Positions 60,172-64,000 of a stretch of 64,000 bases of DNA are shown here, one piece after another. The position numbers and the translations under genes were made by a program. The DNA comes from Rubricoccaceae bacterium (GTDB taxonomy: Bacteria > Bacteroidota > Rhodothermia > Rhodothermales > Rubricoccaceae). The notes under the pieces were generated by a model, which saw only the letters and a list, made by a program, of their open reading frames with translations, did not search any database and was not told where the DNA came from. Each line of letters begins with the position of its first letter. Within the stretch, counting starts at the first letter, position 1. The stretch spans positions 634-64,633 of the forward strand of contig JAWWCA010000001.1 of the NCBI GenBank assembly GCA_033720695.1, given 5' to 3'.

Positions 60172-60180
60172 ACGACCATC

Positions 60181-60831
60181 GTGAACGACTGCTCCATCTC
60201 GATCGCCGGCCAAGCCCTCCGCCTCCTCCCTGAGCGCGCCGTCTTCTGGCCCGCCGCCGGCGCCCTCCTCGTCGCCGACCTCCACGCCGACAAGCCCGAA
60301 ACCCTGCGCGCCGCCCACATCGCTGCGCCGGCCTCCGCCCTCGAAACGGACCTCCAGCGCCTCTCCAGCGCGCTCCACCGCACACGCGCCCACCGGCTCG
60401 TCATCCTCGGCGACCTGTACCACGCGCCACGCGGTGCCGACGCGCCCGTCACCGCCCGCGCCCTCCACCGCTGGCGCCGCGCCCACGCCGCTCTCGAGAT
60501 CGACCTCGTCGTAGGCAACCATGACCGCCGCGCAGGACCACCCCCGGAGACCCTCGCCATCCGCTCCCACGCCGACGCCCTCGACCTCCAGCCCTTCCGG
60601 CTCGTCCACGAACCCGCCCCCGACCCCGCCGGATACGTCCTCGCCGGACACGTCCACGCCGGCGTCCGCCTCGCCGCCGGCGCCGACGCCGTCACCGTGC
60701 CCGCGTTCCGCTTCGGACCCGCCGTCGGCGTCCTCCCCTCCTTCGGCGCCTTGACCGCCCCCGCGCCCACGCCGCCGCACCCCTCGGAGCGCATCTACGC
60801 CATCGCCGACGACGAGGTCATCCCGCTCTGA
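60181..60831 (+). CDS. pdeM: ligase-associated DNA damage response endonuclease PdeM (metallophosphoesterase)
   Basis: Track ORF 60157..60831. The start is either GTG 60157 or GTG 60181. ...LLVADLHADK ... LVILGDLYHA ... VVGNHD ... VLAGHVH, the calcineurin-like motifs in PdeM order. Confidence 0.85.
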   Translation: MNDCSISIAGQALRLLPERAVFWPAAGALLVADLHADKPETLRAAHIAAPASALETDLQRLSSALHRTRAHRLVILGDLYHAPRGADAPVTARALHRWRRAHAALEIDLVVGNHDRRAGPPPETLAIRSHADALDLQPFRLVHEPAPDPAGYVLAGHVHAGVRLAAGADAVTVPAFRFGPAVGVLPSFGALTAPAPTPPHPSERIYAIADDEVIPL

Positions 60832-60916
60832 ACAGCCTTGCGCCGTACCGCCCCACGCCCCTACACTGACCCCTCCCGCGCGCGCCCGCGCCCTGTCAAC
60901 TCCGACCCCTCGCCCT

Positions 60917-61300
60917 ATGGAGCGCGTCATCGGCCTCGGCGGCATCTTCTTCAAAGCCCAAGACCCGGCCGCCCTCGCGGCGTGGTACCGCGACACCCTG
61001 GGCGTCCCACTCGACGAGGGGCAGACCTACGGCGTGTTCGCTAGCGGCAGCGACGACGGACCCGAGCAGACCGTCTGGTCGCTCTTCCCCTCCGACTCCG
61101 CCTACTTCGGCTCGCCCCACGCGCGCTGCATGGTCAACTACCGCGTCGCCAACCTCGACCGGATGCTCGACCAGCTCCGCGCCGCCGGCGCCGACGTCGA
61201 CGACCGCGTCGAAACCTACAACTACGGCCGCTTCGGCTGGGCCACCGACCCCGAGGGCAACCGCTTCGAGCTCTGGGAGCCCATCGGGCCCGGATTCTGA
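60917..61300 (+). CDS. VOC family protein
   Basis: Track ORF, 127 aa: GLGGIFFKAQDPAALAAWYRDTLG ... WATDPEGNRFELWE. Confidence 0.85.
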   Translation: MERVIGLGGIFFKAQDPAALAAWYRDTLGVPLDEGQTYGVFASGSDDGPEQTVWSLFPSDSAYFGSPHARCMVNYRVANLDRMLDQLRAAGADVDDRVETYNYGRFGWATDPEGNRFELWEPIGPGF

Positions 61301-61321
61301 CGGCCCACGCCGCCTCCCGCC

Positions 61322-61723
61322 ATGGACCAATCCCTCGCCACCTTCCACGTGTCCAGCTGGGCCGCCGCGGCCTACGACGAACCCGACCGCGGGCCCACCC
61401 TCTCCCGTGTATCGTTCCAAAAACGCTACGTCGGGGGCCTCGACGGGACCGCCCGATGTGAGGGCCTCTTCTGCGCCCTCGACGACCCCGCCCGAGGGGC
61501 CGGCTACGTCGTCACCGAGCGGTTCGAAGGCCGCATCGAGGGCCATGAAGGGTCGTGCGTGTTCCAGCACGTCGGAATCGCCGCGCCCGGCGAGGAGCCG
61601 CACTCTGAGGGCTACATCGTCCCAGGATCTGGCACCCGCGCGCTCGCCGGGATCCGGGGCACCTTCTCCATCGGCGACGGCCACACCATCCGTCTCGAGG
61701 TCTCCTTCGCGGAGCGCCGCTGA
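61322..61723 (+). CDS. DUF3224 domain protein
   Basis: Track ORF, 133 aa: ...SRVSFQKRYVGGLDGTARCEGLF ... GYVVTERFEGRIEGHEGSCVFQH ... IVPGSGTRALAGIRG. Confidence 0.78.
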   Translation: MDQSLATFHVSSWAAAAYDEPDRGPTLSRVSFQKRYVGGLDGTARCEGLFCALDDPARGAGYVVTERFEGRIEGHEGSCVFQHVGIAAPGEEPHSEGYIVPGSGTRALAGIRGTFSIGDGHTIRLEVSFAERR

Positions 61724-61748
61724 CCGCCGACGCGCACGCGCGCCAGCG

Positions 61749-62066
61749 CTAGACCGGCCGGACGACCTGCCGCCACACGCCAGGGTCGCCCGTCACCAAC
61801 CGGAGCGTCGGCGTGTCCGGCGGGGGCGGCGACGGCCGACCGCCGAGGTACGCCACCGTCTCCTCCAGCGCGCGAGCAGCCCGGGGTGAGACGTACACCG
61901 CGAGGCCCTCCGATGTCCGGGCCGTGAACAGCGCCAGGCCCTCGATCGCGGACGGGCCCCCGTCCTGCAACCGCTGGAGCAGCACCGAGCACAACGGCTC
62001 GAGCCGCGTACGCTCCGTAACGACGGCGCGTACCCACGAGGCGGTCGGATGGCGAGGTGGCGTCAT
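61749..62066 (-). CDS. hypothetical protein (105 aa)
   Basis: ATG at 62066 within track ORF 61749..62267: MTPPRHPTASWVRAVVTERTRLEPLCSVLLQRLQDGGPSAIEGLALFTARTSEGLAVYVSPRAARALEETVAYLGG... Third-position GC rises downstream of this ATG. Confidence 0.4.
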   Translation of the reverse strand: MTPPRHPTASWVRAVVTERTRLEPLCSVLLQRLQDGGPSAIEGLALFTARTSEGLAVYVSPRAARALEETVAYLGGRPSPPPPDTPTLRLVTGDPGVWRQVVRPV

Positions 62067-62113
62067 GGCAAGGGGCAGTGCACCATGGAGTATCGCGGCC
62101 CTCGCAGCATCGG

Positions 62114-62359
62114 TTAAGCCGCCGAGCGGGCCGACGCCGAGCGGGGCGCCTTCCGGAGGCCAACAGCCGATTCCACCAGATGCCCCGCCCCAAGCAGCAT
62201 GCCGACCGACGCCGCCGTCTCCCGCGGCGCGAGCCCCGCCCGGTCTGCCGCGAGCGCGATGTCCCACACGGCCAGCTCCCCATCCGGCAGCTCGCGCAGG
62301 AGCCGGGCCGCAGCCTCAGCAACCCCGCCGTGGTCCGGTCGAATCGTCGAGGAGAGCAT
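62114..62359 (-). CDS. hypothetical small protein (81 aa, winged-helix-like feel)
   Basis: ATG at 62359 within track ORF 62114..62458: MLSSTIRPDHGGVAEAAARLLRELPDGELAVWDIALAADRAGLAPRETAASVGMLLGAGHLVE... High third-position GC is kept to its stop. Confidence 0.4.
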   Translation of the reverse strand: MLSSTIRPDHGGVAEAAARLLRELPDGELAVWDIALAADRAGLAPRETAASVGMLLGAGHLVESAVGLRKAPRSASARSAA

Positions 62360-62522
62360 GGCGCAGATGAGAGACGAGAAGGGTAGGCGCGCGCCCCGCA
62401 TGCCGTCAACATGTGCAGGACACGTCCACACGCGCATAGATAAACGATCCAAACACAAACCGATATCGCTTGATCCCGGTCCGGTCGTTCGCTATGCTCC
62501 TGTGAACCGACCGCCCAGCCCC

Positions 62523-63449
62523 ATGGAAACAGCCACGCACCCCCTCGTCTCCGTCGGCCGCACCATCCCGGCCACGCCGCCCGACGTCTTCCACGCCTGG
62601 ACCACCCCCGACCTCCTCGAGAAGTGGTTCGCACCCACCGTCGAGTACGACGCCCACGTCGTCGCGCTCGACCCCCGCGTCGGCGGCGCCTACCGCACCG
62701 AGATGCGGCACGAACTCGGCGCCAACCACACCATGTCCGGCGAGTACCGGGCCGTCGACCCGCCCCACGGGCTCACCTTCACGATGGACGGCCATGAGGG
62801 CGACCCCCCGTCCACAGTCGAAGTGAGAATCGCGACCCACCAGGACGGCGCCCACGTCACGCTCACCCAGACGGGCCTCGCCTCCGACGACGAGGCCGAC
62901 CGCCACGCGGAAGGGTGGGACGGCTTCCTCTGGCGACTCGCCAACACGTTCGAACCGACCACCGCGTACCACCGCGCGCTCGTCCTCGCCCTCCACCGTC
63001 GCCTCTTCGCCAACGCCCTCGAAGGGTTGGACGACGACCTCGACCGGCGCCTCGCCGCCGCCAATGACGCCCGGTGGATCGCCGCCCACCTCGCACAGTC
63101 GCGCGCAGGACTCGCCGCCATGCTCGGCGCCCCCATCGACCACCCCCTCCAGGCCTTCGCCGACGCCGTCCCCGACGACACCCCCACGCCCGACGCCGAG
63201 ACCATCCGCCGGGTCTTCGCCGAGGCCTCCCACGCCGTCTACCGCGGCCTCCAGCACGCCTCCGACCAAGACCTCGCCGGACCCCCGCCGTTCACCATCC
63301 CCATGCGGGCCCAAACCCTCCTCGCGGCCGTCGACTTCCTCGTCAGCCACGAGGCGTACCACATCGGGCAACTCGGTCTCCTCCGGCGGGCGCTCGGCTA
63401 TCCCGCCATGCGATACGACCACCACGGCGACGGACGCGACGACCGTTGA
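62523..63449 (+). CDS. SRPBCC (AHSA1-like) domain fused to a DinB_2-like domain
   Basis: ATG 62523 within track ORF 62199..63449. N-terminal half: VFHAWTTPDLLEKWFAP ... GGAYRTEMRH ... GEYRAVDPPHGLTFT ... GWDGFLWRL. C-terminal half: ...WIAAHLAQSR ... FLVSHEAYHIGQLGLLRRALG. Confidence 0.78.
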   Translation: METATHPLVSVGRTIPATPPDVFHAWTTPDLLEKWFAPTVEYDAHVVALDPRVGGAYRTEMRHELGANHTMSGEYRAVDPPHGLTFTMDGHEGDPPSTVEVRIATHQDGAHVTLTQTGLASDDEADRHAEGWDGFLWRLANTFEPTTAYHRALVLALHRRLFANALEGLDDDLDRRLAAANDARWIAAHLAQSRAGLAAMLGAPIDHPLQAFADAVPDDTPTPDAETIRRVFAEASHAVYRGLQHASDQDLAGPPPFTIPMRAQTLLAAVDFLVSHEAYHIGQLGLLRRALGYPAMRYDHHGDGRDDR

Positions 63450-63461
63450 GCCCTATACGCT

Positions 63462-63494
63462 CGGATGATCCGACGCACGAGCTCGGATCATCCG
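63462..63494. terminator. 12-bp perfect hairpin between convergent genes
   Basis: CGGATGATCCGA-CGCACGAGC-TCGGATCATCCG, 13 nt after the stop at 63449. Followed by a second small inverted repeat, ACACGC-GCGG-GCGTGT. Confidence 0.55.
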
Positions 63495-63565
63495 GCGCAC
63501 ACGCGCGGGCGTGTCCCGTCCCGGCTCCACCGCCCACGAGCCCCGATGCGGCCACGGAGCGCGCC

Positions 63566-63910
63566 TTACCGCTCCCACAGGCCGTGGTGGATGTCGCCTT
63601 CGATGTAGATCGCGAACCGCCCCCGCTCCGCGATCTCCATCGGCGGATGCGCCAGCAGCGCCCCGCGCGCCTCCGCCGCCTCCACCGCGGCCTCGAGGTC
63701 GTCCACCAGCAGGTACGGCCGCACCACCGGCGCCTCCGCCGCGTGCATCGGGGCGCGAACCCCGATCGTCCCGCCGTCGGACAGCGACGCCGTCCGCGCG
63801 CCTCCCAACGCCGCCTCCGGCTCGCCGAAGACGACGCCGTGGATCTGAGCGTAGGTCGCGCACACGTCGTCAACGTCCGGCGTCACGATTTCGAGGTAGG
63901 TCACGTGCAT
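63566..63910 (-). CDS. VOC family protein
   Basis: ATG at 63910 within track ORF 63566..63997: MHVTYLEIVTPDVDDVCATYAQIHG ... RGRFAIYIEGDIHHGLWE. Confidence 0.8.
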   Translation of the reverse strand: MHVTYLEIVTPDVDDVCATYAQIHGVVFGEPEAALGGARTASLSDGGTIGVRAPMHAAEAPVVRPYLLVDDLEAAVEAAEARGALLAHPPMEIAERGRFAIYIEGDIHHGLWER

Positions 63911-64000
63911 GGCATCGAAGGATTCGGGTGGTGGGATGGGCTCTCTCCTCAACGCCGACGGGCCGCGCGCGCCGTCGCCAGCGCCTCCGTCGCCCACGTC

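Noticed and set aside
61749-62359. Possibility that the two overlapping track ORFs 61749..62267 and 62114..62458 are one frameshifted gene.
   Set aside because: Hand-counted third-position GC stays high in the upstream frame right up to its stop at 62114. In the downstream frame it only becomes high after the ATG at 62066. Two separate small genes with a 47-nt gap explain the data without a frameshift.
62436-62452. ATAAACGATCC in the promoter region upstream of 62523 shares 9 nt (TAAACGATC) with the iteron variant CCCGTAAACGATCACC.
   Set aside because: Only a 9-nt match that lacks the conserved CCCG and CACC ends. It could be chance in an AT-richer promoter, unlike the 21-nt perfect copy at 60154.

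Overview
Very GC-rich (roughly 70% by eye), gene-dense bacterial DNA with about 80 supportable CDS on both strands. I found no rRNA, tRNA, CRISPR array, transposase or integrase. Most long ORFs in the six-frame track are Arg/Pro/Gly-rich antisense or out-of-frame artefacts of the GC content. I picked real genes by recognisable protein families, normal amino-acid composition, high third-position GC and tight start/stop packing. All family names come from my memory of the families, not from a search. Content: (1) A complete plasmid/chromid-type maintenance module at 43.7-48.8 kb. It has a PrimPol-AAA replicase, a heptad-phased centromere-like array, parA, a small RHH-like partner, an iteron origin (CCCGTAAACGGTCACC in two orientations around an AT-rich patch) and a Rep_3-type initiator. 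(2) An unusual concentration of DNA-damage genes: FeS (6-4) photolyase, RuvC, a UdgX-like glycosylase with the radical-SAM/TIGR03915 pair, LigD-Ku, DinB, PolX and two LexA paralogues. There is also a lexA-imuB-dnaE2 cassette, an HhH-GPD protein and the ligase-associated damage-response operon. (3) Many small stress/detox families (nine VOC/glyoxalase genes, DinB-fold, DUF1801, SnoaL, DUF892, DUF1579), several as tandem paralogues. (4) Phage-like genes at the left edge. Best candidates for undescribed biology: a two-gene cassette of a T4 beta-protein domain fused to, and preceded by, a MuF/gp7-like Cys module, with a third copy elsewhere. A LexA paralogue whose catalytic Ser/Lys and Ala-Gly site are substituted, lying between polX and a YjgR/HerA-like NTPase. 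A perfect orphan iteron 12.7 kb from the origin, exactly on the stop/start junction of the ligase-associated operon. A ligD-ku operon translationally coupled to a TPR protein and a degenerate HATPase-like protein. ruvC coupled to two unknown paralogues. Twin CCGAAA-N2-TTTCGG palindromes upstream of lexA-imuB-dnaE2.
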